Origin: Catajapyx aquilonaris
Taxonomy: Eukaryota
Assembly (NCBI GenBank): GCA_000934665.2
Contig: KZ538097.1
Location: 124,001-183,759, forward strand
Direction of reading: 5' to 3'
Length of the DNA: 59,759 bases
In this document: piece after piece, positions 1 through 10,323 of the stretch
Layout: each line of letters starts with the position of its first letter
Numbering within the stretch: position 1 is the stretch's first letter
Program-made: the position numbers and the translations under genes
Notes under the pieces: model-generated
Seen by the model: only the letters and a program-made list of their open reading frames with translations
Told to the model about the DNA's origin: nothing
The model's database searches: none

Positions 1-709
1 TTCATTTATAACCAGGTGCTTCACTATAATTCAAACTGTAGCTTGATGGTCATGCAGATTGCATACTCACTTCCATTGGCGTGAAGCTATGAAGCCACTC
101 GTGGCTCTCGCTAATCTCGACAGTGAAGTGGCTATTGACAGTGCGCTGCAATAATGCTTCACTATAGAAATTGTGGAATTTTTTTGGAAGTGACAGCCCA
201 TTAGTAAAGAAGTTTCTGTGGGGCTGCGGATTAAAATGACGTACTAGAACATGCGTGGGTTGGCCATGGTTTGCCGCGAAAAATCGGTCAGGCTTATTCG
301 CAATATAAGACGGCATCGACAGAATTCTCTCTCGGCAGGCGCTTTGGAACCGCACAGATGGCTGCTTCCGTCTTTTCGCATTTGCATGTCTCCTCTCACT
401 AGCTTTAGCGCTCAATCACATTTCCCTTCTCCCTTCCTTACCCCCAGAGTCGTCTCTTTCCCATGTTGCATTTCGCTAAGTGACTTTGTTGACTCCATTC
501 CCCCCACGGCTCAGGATCTCTGGAACTTGGGGTGGAAAGGAAGCGGACGAAGAATGAAATCCGCATCATTAGGCAAAACCCTCCCCAATCTCCCGCCCTC
601 ATCCCCGCCTGCCTCCTTTCCCCATCCTTCCCCTTCCTATATATTCTTTAGAGCATAAAAGCAAAGGGCACTGGGGCTTAGAAGTTGATGCTACTTGTGT
701 ATTTTTCAG

Positions 710-860
710 GAGGATCCTTAAGACCAACCCGCCCATCCCAGACGACCTCTCTCTGGAAGTGAGGGACTTTATAACCAAGCTCCTCATCAAGGACCCCCGA
801 AAGAGGCTGGGAGGCGGACCTGAAGATGCGGAGGACCTCAAGGGCCACCCTTACTTCAAG
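710..860 (+). CDS. RPS6KA5: MSK/RPS6KA5 (JIL-1-like) kinase, internal exon, end of N-terminal kinase domain (upstream exons lie outside the window)
   Basis: ttttcag acceptor and aag|gtattg donor. Translates RILKTNPPIPDDLSLEVRDFITKLLIKDPRKRLGGGPEDAEDLKGHPYFK (AGC kinase subdomain XI). Splices in phase 0 to 2399. Confidence 0.93.
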
Positions 861-1742
861 GTATTGTATCCTACAGTACATGATCATAAACTCCACTAAT
901 TGTGGAAAATTTAAAAAAAATAGAAGGCGAAGGACAGTCACTCCAAGTCGAAGGCTTGATGAACAATATTGATATAGAGTGTAGTCAAGTATAGCTCAAT
1001 CAGTCTCAAGTGAATTGCCTTAAGTATTGCCTATTAATGACCAGCAAGGCTTTTCTCTAGCTGTAGACATTCTTGGCAGCTACTGTGCCTCCCTCTATCT
1101 GCCTTTCAACAACAAAATTGACCATCAGTGCTATTGTACTGGTTAGTGACACATAAACATGGTAAGAATTGCGCATTTTTTTGCAGCTTGTTAAAGAGAG
1201 TTGTCAGTAACTGCCATATAATAGGCAGGTGTATGGCTATTCTAAGACCAAAATACATTACATAATTTTTGGATGAGAGGCATCATTATGTCATGCATTA
1301 GACACTGAGGTCAGGTTATGACATTATGTGACCTGCAGATAATATCCTGCTGGTTATACCATACATTTGCCATCCATGGTTAAAGAGTGATTAAACTATC
1401 AGAATATCCACAATAAATTAATTGGAGAGGGCAGCACCGCAGCAGATATTCGGTGCTGCTGTACCTGTAATACTGTGTGTTGAGCATTTTGTCCAGGAAT
1501 AGAGCTACCTGTGAGAGTTACTGACCACCCTATACACTGTGCCTTTGGGACACCTTATCATGGTCCTCTGCAATGTTATACAGTAGATCCTGCCTGTAAT
1601 TCGCCATGGATTCAGTGGATTTGTTCATTACTGAATTTTTGTTTGGTCCCATTGCATGATTTTTGCTGCATAATCTGTCAGTTACATAGTAGGCTACATT
1701 ATAAACGTATACAAGAGCTATTAACTCTTGACGTAATTTATA

Positions 1743-1952
1743 CAGGGTGTCTCAACTTTTTTGTCCGAACAATTATCGGAAATATTGCACTAAGCGGCTT
1801 ATTTTTTAGCAGTGACTTGCAACCAGTGATGCTTCCCTGGTTTTATCAGTTGAGGGATGTGCCAGGAATGTTGGGGCATATTCTGGCTACATAGCTAGAA
1901 GATACATAGGCTTTTCCGATAACTGTTCGGACAAAAAAGTTGAGACACCCTG
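1743..1952. mobile_element. Tc1/mariner-type MITE
   Basis: TIR cagggtgtctcaacttttttgtccgaac / gttcggacaaaaaagttgagacaccctg, flanked by TA on both sides. Confidence 0.85.
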
Positions 1953-2398
1953 TATAGTGAACTCCAGGGGACCAGAGGGTCACTTTGTGCTGAGGTGTGA
2001 TTGGTTATTCACAGCTGTGTGACTGAGATAATGGGTTTTAAATGCAAAGTATAAAATATCATGGTGGGTATGGTTTTATCCACATGAGATAATTCTAAGT
2101 GTCTGAATGATGATAAAGTGTAGACCACATGGCACCTCTGTTGCCCAGGAGTTCACCGACTCCAGAAGTTTCTTAGAATCATAATGAAATACTCCATGCA
2201 AGGAAAACCTGATCAGTGTGGAAATTTTTTGTTGAACAGAGTTACTCCACTGCAGACAGGTATTATTCTTTTCTGACCAAACTGAATTTAAATTAAGTTA
2301 ACCGCTAGGGAGAAGTGCTTGATTACATTTATTGGTCATAGCACATTCCATGACACATGGATAAATATGTGACTGAAGTGATTCTTTTCTGTCTGCAG

Positions 2399-2560
2399 GG
2401 TCTGAACTGGGAAGATCTCTCCAGGAAGGAGATCTCGGCTCCATTTGTACCCAAGATCTCAAATGAACTAGATACGAGCAACTTCTCAGAAGAATTCACC
2501 AAGATGACTCCAGCTGACTCTCCAGCTGTTGTTCCCCCAAATTTCGACAAAATATTCAAA
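2399..2560 (+). CDS. RPS6KA5: MSK/RPS6KA5 exon, AGC C-terminal/linker region
   Basis: ctgcag acceptor and aaa|gtaata donor. GLNWEDLSRKEISAPFVPKISNELDTSNFSEEFT...DSPAVVPPNFDKIFK contains the turn-motif SP. Confidence 0.95.
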
Positions 2561-2616
2561 GTAATACTTGCATTATTTCTCAATGTAAACATGTACTAAT
2601 GAACTCCTTTTTGCAG

Positions 2617-4278
2617 GGCTACTCGTATGTGGCTCCATCAATTCTCTTCAGTGAAAACGTCGTGAGTGATGACCTCCTCCGCCCAGATCCAGAAAGGAAG
2701 CCGAGTGCCTCAAATCTGCTGCAGTGCCGGTTCCGCAACTCACCATTCTTCCAAGCATATGATATCAATTTACGTGAAGGTATATTGGGAGATGGCAGCT
2801 TCTCTGTGTGTCGCAAGTGTGTGCATCGACAGACAGGCCAGGAGTATGCTGTTAAGATAGTCAGCCGTCGCATTGACTGCACCCAGGAGATCAACCTGCT
2901 GAGGTCATGCCAGGGTCACCGCAATATTGTACGACTGCATGAGGTGTATTATGATGAGGCCCACACATACATACTGCTGGAGCTGTTGCGGGGTGGGGAA
3001 CTGTTAGAGAGGATACGACGGAAGGACAGGTTTACTGAGTCAGAGGCAAGTCAGATAACACGTAAGCTGGTCAGCGCTGTTCACCACATGCATTCAAAGG
3101 GTGTGGTACATCGTGACTTGAAGCCAGAGAATTTGCTATTTGTGGACGATTCAGATCAGGCTGAGATCAAGATAGTGGACTTTGGTTTTGCACGACTGAA
3201 GCCAGGTGACAACCAGGCAATGCTGACCCCATGTTTCACGTTGCATTATGCTGCACCTGAGGTGTTGCGACAGGCCATACCAGGCACTAGTACTGACCGG
3301 GAAGGATATGATGAAAGTTGTGACTTGTGGTCACTTGGGGTCATCTTGTATACTATGCTGTCTGGAAAGGCACCATTTCAAGCACGTAGCCGAGATGACA
3401 GTGCTGCAGCCATAATGCAGAGGATCAAAGGAGGCGAGTTCAGCTTTGCGTTTGATGCTTGGACACATGTGTCAGCTCAGGCAAAACAGGTGACACAGGG
3501 TTTGCTCACTGTTGACCCGAAACGCCGTCTTGGTATGCCAGACCTTCTTTCAAATGAGTGGGTTCAAGGAAGTAACCAGTCTCTGTACTCAGCAACTCCT
3601 TTGGTCACCCCAGATGTCCTTAGTACTGGAGCAAGCCCCAGATCAGCTGAATTCAGAGTCAAACAGGCATTCAATGCGTTCCATATGGCCCATCGTGAAG
3701 GATTCCGGCTCCAGGATGTATCTAATGCAAAGTTGGCACAGAGGCGTAAGATGAAGAAAACGTCAACAGATGACGCACGGAGCTCTTCAACTTCTAGCAC
3801 TTTCTCATCTGGTTGTTCCTCATCTGCTGCATCATCATCAGCAGCCTCATCATCAACAACCCCTACTCCAAATGTGGCCTCGACGTCTGGGTTCATACCT
3901 CTGAAAAAGAAGAAGCGTTCAGCTGATGAGGGTGCTGCCTTCAGCTTTGAAGAAGACAATTTCTTCAACTTTAGGAAGGCACGTGTCCAGGAATACCTTT
4001 CGAACCTGTTTGAAGATGAGTCGAGGTCATCTTCTTCATGCTCTGGTGCCCCAAGTGCTACTGTGGTGTCTCCACCTCCTCCTTCTGAAGAAGAAGAGCC
4101 GGAAGTGGTGGTACTGGGGGAGACAAGTGGTGCTTCTGGACCTATGACACGATCTAGAAAGAGGAAGTTGGAAGAGGAGGACAGTAGCAGCGGCAGCAGC
4201 AGTGGTCGAAGTGGGGGTAGTGGAAAGAAAGCTGGGAAGAGGCCGAAGAGGTTGGAAACCATTATTGTGATAGATTGA
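2617..4278 (+). CDS. RPS6KA5: MSK/RPS6KA5 terminal exon: hydrophobic motif, C-terminal CaMK-like kinase domain, MAPK docking site and Ser-rich tail
   Basis: ttgcag acceptor after a 56-nt intron. Contains GYSY, LGDGSFSVC, YAVK, HRDLKPEN, DFG, LTPCFTLHYAAPE and the AKLAQRRK docking motif. Stop TGA at 4276-4278. Confidence 0.96.
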   Translation, partial: GYSYVAPSILFSENVVSDDLLRPDPERKPSASNLLQCRFRNSPFFQAYDINLREGILGDGSFSVCRKCVHRQTGQEYAVKIVSRRIDCTQEINLLRSCQGHRNIVRLHEVYYDEAHTYILLELLRGGELLERIRRKDRFTESEASQITRKLVSAVHHMHSKGVVHRDLKPENLLFVDDSDQAEIKIVDFGFARLKPGDNQAMLTPCFTLHYAAPEVLRQAIPGTSTDREGYDESCDLWSLGVILYTMLSGKAPFQARSRDDSAAAIMQRIKGGEFSFAFDAWTHVSAQAKQVTQGLLTVDPKRRLGMPDLLSNEWVQGSNQSLYSATPLVTPDVLSTGASPRSAEFRVKQAFNAFHMAHREGFRLQDVSNAKLAQRRKMKKTSTDDARSSSTSSTFSSGCSSSAASSSAASSSTTPTPNVASTSGFIPLKKKKRSADEGAAFSFEEDNFFNFRKARVQEYLSNLFEDESRSSSSCSGAPSATVVSPPPPSEEEEPEVVVLGETSGASGPMTRSRKRKLEEEDSSSGSSSGRSGGSGKKAGKRPKRLETIIVID

Positions 4279-5140
4279 AGTACCTGGATCTGGGATATGG
4301 GGTGGGTGGGAGGGGAAGTGGGAATAACACGTTCCAATTTTGTCTTTTGAAAGTCATGTGAAGCCCCCAGCCTGGGAAAGGGGCGGCTTCTGAGTCAAAA
4401 CATGTGTATTCATGTGTGAGAGTGTGCAGTTGTCGACGCTTTCTTCAACCCTTCTCCCAAAGCGCGGCGCACCGAGTGTAATTTATTTTTATAAGAGGAT
4501 ACAAGCCAAGTCCTGCATAATTTATGAAAAATGGTGCATGGTCAGAGTTTAAAAGTGCGTGTGTGAGTATCTGGATTGTGTGTATGTGTGTGTTGTCAAA
4601 ATACATCTGTGAATGTGTGGAAGTGGGCCTAGAATGGGGATCAGTTAAACACATTTAAAAGTAAGAGAGGACTCAGGGAAGCTAAGTCTTTATCCCGAGG
4701 CCTTGATAATAGTGTTTTTTTGTTTGTGTCCTCCCCATGCTTGTGATTTTCCCTTTCGCAGCCAGTTGCGTTTCCTGACAAGTGCAGATGGATGTGAGGG
4801 TGAGCCTTCAGTCCCTGCAGGTTGATTTAAGGGTACAGATCGCTTTATTAGGATTAAATAGTTGACAAGGGGGGGAGGGGGGTTCAGGAAGGAATGAAAA
4901 AAATGTGAGCATGGGAACAGGTGCTGATGATGTTAAAGAGTGTTGACCATGAAGGTATGAGTTCTTATGATGTGGGCCCTCGAGGTGAACAAAGTTGAGA
5001 CATGTCATTCACTTTATATAGATATATATATTATATATATTTACTTATAAATATTTATTTTTCAATGCCTGTGTACGAGAAGAATTGCACTTTTTGGATC
5101 ACAAGAGGTATCCACGAGCAGTATCTGTATATAGGAGATT

Positions 5141-5146
5141 AATAAA
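5141..5146 (+). terminator. Candidate poly(A) signal of the MSK gene
   Basis: AATAAA about 860 nt after the stop, followed by a GT/T-rich tract (ggggttttatttgt). Confidence 0.55.
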
Positions 5147-5722
5147 TTTCACTGACCATTTCATATGGGGTTTTATTTGTCCTCTTCTGCCAGGTGCTAT
5201 GCTGTAATAATAACAAGGACGGTGATGATTTCTTATAAAAGGAGCTAAAAAATTCAGAATATTTTATTGCACTTCTAGTCTAAAATATTGAATACTTTGA
5301 AATTTAAATATGACTGTACAAAAATTTGAAATCAACAAGTTTATTAATGCATGAAGGATCTGCATTCTTACGAAAACTGCTTTGATCAGTTGACATACTG
5401 GGCATAATTATTTCCTGTTTGTACTGTGATTTTTTGAGCCACAAGCTGTTGTGAATTTATTTGCTTGTCACTGGTAGGTTGATTGAGCTGCACCTGTAAA
5501 ATAATTATTTTGACCATGTCAGTACATAATTTATTAGTCTAAGGTTATCTCAAGATATTTCTGCTCAGCCAAAGCAACTAAAGGTAAGTTAAAGGTTTCT
5601 GGCTATTAGAAGATAGAAAAGTGGGACAGAAGCAAAGAGAAAAAGAAGATATGAAAGGCTGTTTTTTAATTTGTATCTTTGACTAACAATGGTGACAGTC
5701 AGCACGATACAATAATGCTTAA

Positions 5723-6142
5723 AGGGACACTCCACTCAAAAAACAAGGTTGGCTCTAAAAATCGGGCAAAAAATCATGAATCCGGCTGTGCAATTCGTTT
5801 TTCGCTACGCAGATCAGTAATCCCAGGGCGAGGTGTCAAAGTGTGTCGTCTGCTAACGAGCGGCACCGCCACGCGGGGAGCTGGGGAACTGGAGGGCTGC
5901 ACCGCTCTGGGATGGGCCTAAGCGCGCGGGCAGGCGGGATCAGCCCTCCAGTTCCCAAGGTCCCGAGGGCGTCGCTGGCGGACGGCCAGCCTCTAGCGCA
6001 CTATTTGAATTTCCCCACTTTGACTCCTCGCCCTGGGATTACCGTTCCGCGTAGCGAAAAACGGATTGCACCTTCAGATTCAGGATTTTTTTTGCCCGAT
6101 TTTTAGAGCCAAACTTGTTTTTTGAGTGGATGAAGTGTCCCT
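5723..6142. mobile_element. Kolobok/T2-type MITE
   Basis: TTAA|AGGGACAC...GTGTCCCT|TTAA with imperfect inverted arms of about 120 bp. Confidence 0.8.
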
Positions 6143-7164
6143 TTAAGGCCTACATAAAATTTTCCAGAATTCATCTCATCATTACGAAAGAAAAACATAG
6201 GCTACAAAATCTTTTAATCATAGCATAAGAAACTACTGGGTAATTCCATGCAAAAGCAGTATTCTGTAATCAGGGCCAGATTTTAAAATAAATAATTTCT
6301 ATGATATTATGGTATTTTCAGAAAGCTGAGATTGTGTATTTTTAAAAACATATACGAGAAAATTTTCACATACATTAAAGTTAGAAACACTGTTTATTTC
6401 CAATATGGCGGGTGTGCATTTCTTTGCTCTAAGACTCCATAAAAATCTGCATAATTCAACAAGTAAGCTAGTGTTTTTCATGCAGTAAACTGTGATTTCT
6501 ATCACATAAGAGCTGGATGAATGTACTAAGATAATATACATTTATCTTTCCATTGCAATAACTTATTCAGCATAATAATTACCAAGTTTAAATACCATCT
6601 TTGTATGTCCAGTAAGTCACGTTTCCGCTTGGATGCCAGTGTCACTATTGTTTCCCGGCTGTTAAAATGGAACTTACAGTAGTGGAATGGAAGAAAAAAG
6701 CAAATGTCATAGTTAAAGCAAGAATAAGGGACGTAAGAGCTGTCCTAGATAAGTGCATTGGAAAGGCAAGCCCAAGGTATAAAATATCCTGGCTCGTATG
6801 CGTCCCTCCACGCGACCTTACCCTTTTCATTTAAATAAGGTGCTACCATGTTATTCAATTTAATATATAACATGATATGTTATATTATATAATTTTAATG
6901 TTAGGTGTAGCAGGGAATGTCCTATAGGCGATGGAAGTGTCGTAAGCAGTATCCGAAACCTATAAGCTGAGATAATGCACTATTTATTTAATGCTAATAA
7001 TTATCTCGGCAACTATGCGTCGGAAACCCATGGTGCATACACTCAAAGTGATCGCCTAGAACCCCTCTACATTTCCCAAAGCGACGGTAGATTAAATTTC
7101 CGAACCCTGTATAGACGGCTTATAGGGACAGTATAGGGAGATTGATTGCTGATTTTGGGGAGTA

Positions 7165-7300
7165 CCTTGGCGGGAGATTGACGTCAATCTGATTACACTG
7201 TACTTTCCTTTCTCTTGCTACGCTATCAGCAGTACCGCGGTATGTCACCTCTGTAAGTTTCCGGTGTGTTATTGTCAATGACGTAAAGAACATTATCTCA
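7165..7300. promoter_or_regulatory. Promoter-like motif cluster (E2F-like, CRE palindrome, ETS-like)
   Basis: ttggcggga, then the perfect palindrome agattgacgtcaatct (7175-7190, TGACGTCA core), ttccgg at about 7259 and tgacgtaa at about 7279. Confidence 0.3.
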
Positions 7301-7694
7301 TCAGTGCAAAAAGATAGTACTAATCTGGCATAGTTATCGTACACCGTACACTTCTAGCTGAAGTTTCTTTAACAGCCGCGCAGTCAAGGTGTCAGGAGGA
7401 AATAATATTGCTGACTTATACTATAATGAGCAGTGCAACGTGTAAAACAGGCAGGTCATCGTCGTCCAAACGCAAGGAATGGATCATCGAAGAAGGTAGC
7501 CATATTGCCAATATTGTCTTTACATCGTCATTAATGCTGCAGTAAACTGTTACCTACGATCTTGTTACTGACAATGGACATACCGCGGTTGATAATAACG
7601 AATCTGGATGAAACTGAATATGCTAATAAAGGACAATATGTATATGATAACCAAAAATGAAATATTTTGTGCTGAAGCCCATATTTGCAAAGGT

Positions 7695-7971
7695 AACCGA
7701 AGCAGGTTGGTGTCCGCCTGCTCATCGGAAGGTCCTGGGTTCGAATCCAGGGGCCGGCGACCCTGACCGTCATTTTCTGTGGTTTTCCACGCTCCCCCCA
7801 GGACAATTCCGGGGTCGTTTCCGTAAAAATTGGCCTCAGCCGCTTCCTTCCGTCCCTACCCTTGGTCTCACCCATGTGTGAAGTAAGAGTCAGAAAAATC
7901 GAAGGAAACTGACGGTGGTATGCCACCCCCTTAAAAGGGCTCCGCCCTATCACGGGGTTAACAAAATTTAA
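7695..7971 (+). mobile_element. tRNA-derived SINE, family A
   Basis: B-box-like ggttcgaatcc. 14-bp TSD atatttgcaaaggt (7681-7694 and 7972-7985). Homologous to the copies at 22541 and 26070. Confidence 0.85.
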
Positions 7972-8203
7972 ATATTTGCAAAGGTTATGATGTGTTAAAG
8001 AGACAAAAATGGTACGGTACATTTCCATACACAATGGGATTACGTTATCGACCACATATAATGATATTGAAGTGTGTAATCAGTTTTTTTTGTACCAATA
8101 CACATTATTTAACTGTCATACAAAATTCGCCATTCACTACACTCGACACGACACCCATAGAGTTCTGCTTTGACAACTTAGCGAGTGACAAGTGTGCTAC
8201 ATA

Positions 8204-8627
8204 CAGGGTGTATCTGAACTCAGTGCCCCGAGGTATATGACTGCCTTCCTAGCCACCAGAGGATCGATTTAAGTATAGGAATCATTATATTTGGCCGCCG
8301 CATTACGGAGATACTCTCTTTAGCGATTTTTGCCTAATCACTCCTTCTGACTTTTAAATAGAATTTTCTGGTGTAACTAGCCAAAGAGGCCTTACCACCT
8401 GTGGGCAACAAACCAACAAAGTCCGGCCCCCAGACCTTCCAGAGCCTTCTGACTGGGGGAGGGTTCGATGGGTGGCCTAACCGACAGGATATTTTGTACT
8501 ACATGTTTGCGGCCAATTATCTCCGTAATGCAGCGGCCAAACATAATTACTCCTATACTTAAATCGATCCTCTGGTGGCTAGGAAGGCAGTCATATACGT
8601 CGGGGCACTGAGTTCAGATACACCCTG
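8204..8627. mobile_element. Tc1/mariner-type MITE
   Basis: TA|cagggtgtatctgaactcagtgccccga ... tcggggcactgagttcagatacaccctg|TA, arms over 100 bp. Confidence 0.88.
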
Positions 8628-9619
8628 TATAATGAGATGAGTTTCATTTGTTGTGTACATTGAAATATTTGTTTCTGTAAAAATCATTCATTAAAAAGTG
8701 AACTGCATATGTGCAAATAAATTGTATGACAGTTAAATCATGTGTATTTGGTACAATAAAACTGATGAAACATTTCAATGTCATTATATGTGGTCGCTAA
8801 TATAATCCCATTATGTGAAAATGTACCATTTCTGTCACTTTAACACGTCATAACTTTTGTAAATATGGGTTTCAGCACGAAATATTTCATTTTTGGTCAT
8901 CATATATTGTCCTTTATTAGCATGTTAAGTTTCATCAAGATCCGTCATTATCTCCTGGGAAATGTCCCTTGTAAGATTTAATCAAAATAAGGACACTTAT
9001 CATATAGATTTTTAGTTTGTTTTCTATAAAAAAGTTATTTCTTAGTTTGCGAGACATATTGACATTTTTTGGACTTTTATTTTTATTTTTTTGGCGATGC
9101 ACGGATAATACGCACCCGGATAATCGGGAGTAGCCCTACATGGTAATATCTTCTGTGTGCAGATACACCATGCTTCTAATTTTATAAGTAATGAAATACC
9201 TTGTTGTTTTTGACTTTGGGTGTGATAAACCTCGATGCAATGGAATATTGACGTCACTTTATGAAGAAGTGTGCTATATTATAATAATGTGATTATTTTT
9301 AAATATATGATAGGCCATACTTCCAGAAACTAATGCCGCAGACCAAAACTTTGCACCGTCCTTAATTGGCATCACTTGGGGTAGAGAAAAGGGGCTCCAG
9401 GACCATAAGAACGCATCAATCTCAAAGATAGACGTCCAGTCCTAAATAACCAATGGAGAAGTTACTCCTGGATACGTTCTAGAAACAGCTGTGAAGTCCA
9501 AGCAACAAGAAATGATCTGAAAACACATGCATTAGTATAATGCAATGGAATACAATATAATACTCGTACAACGATACAATAAATATAATAATAGACCTAA
9601 TAGTCGGCACGGTACGGTC

Positions 9620-9882
9620 TTACGGTGCTGTAGTGGATAGCAGTCATAGCACCACAGCCTTTCGCCTCTGAGGTCCAGCGTTCGATCCCAGATCGGACAG
9701 AGGATATTACGCGGATAGAGTTTCGATGGGTTCTCTCCGTTTTCGCGTGGGTTTTCTCGGCGCTCTCCCGTTTCCTCCCGCAATCAAAACCCATCACTGC
9801 ACAAGTGCACAGGCAATGATTAAGTCGGTTAATGACAAGATGATCCCCTAAAAGGCCCAAGGAGGCCTACCACGGGATATTC
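9620..9882 (+). mobile_element. tRNA-derived SINE, family B
   Basis: gttcgatccc B-box and central gtgggttttctcgg...gtttcctccc domain. Homologous to 41783-42100 and 49200-49440. Confidence 0.8.
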
Positions 9883-10243
9883 ATGAATTTTCACAATAAT
9901 AGACTACTACGTGATTGCACCAACAAAATTACCAATTCGATAGCTCCTAACAGATCGTTAGGACACGTTAAAATGGCTCCTAACGATCCATTAGGAGCTA
10001 TCGGATCGGTAATACAAGCACTAATATTTAGGGGTCGATATATCTTATTACAAAATATGTACCGTACCGGCATGTATCCTAGAAATGGTTTTCCATCTTC
10101 AATACGTATGTGGAACAAGACCTATAATGATAAATACTTTCCCCACTATGCCAATCGTCCGGAATCGTCCTGAACGGTCCTGAAGTACGCCTATTGCTTT
10201 CCTACATCATAATTATTGTGTGTCAAGCATAATCATTCATGAC

Positions 10244-10294
10244 TTCTCCCTCGACAAGCCTGTTAACGGCTATCAAGGGGTAAGAAGAAAAAAA
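10244..10294 (+). mobile_element. 5'-truncated retroposon 3' tail
   Basis: Short insert ending in an A-tail between 13-bp direct repeats aatcattcatgac. The tail resembles the SINE A/B tails. Confidence 0.65.
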
Positions 10295-10323
10295 AATCAT
10301 TCATGACAGAATTCTTGAGTCTA

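Larger units (their letters stand above)
7571..8972. mobile_element. Foldback DNA element with long imperfect TIRs, hosting a SINE and a MITE
   Basis: 7571-7694 plus 7986-8130 is the reverse complement of about 8710-8972. Confidence 0.75.

Noticed and set aside
3564..4337. 257-aa minus-strand ORF
   Set aside because: Antisense shadow of the low-complexity MSK tail, with no recognisable domain.
9200..9520. Possible spliced ORF MKYLVVFDFGCDKPRC.../AILPETNAAD...
   Set aside because: Short, weak donor, very small intron and no recognisable homology, so it cannot be supported.
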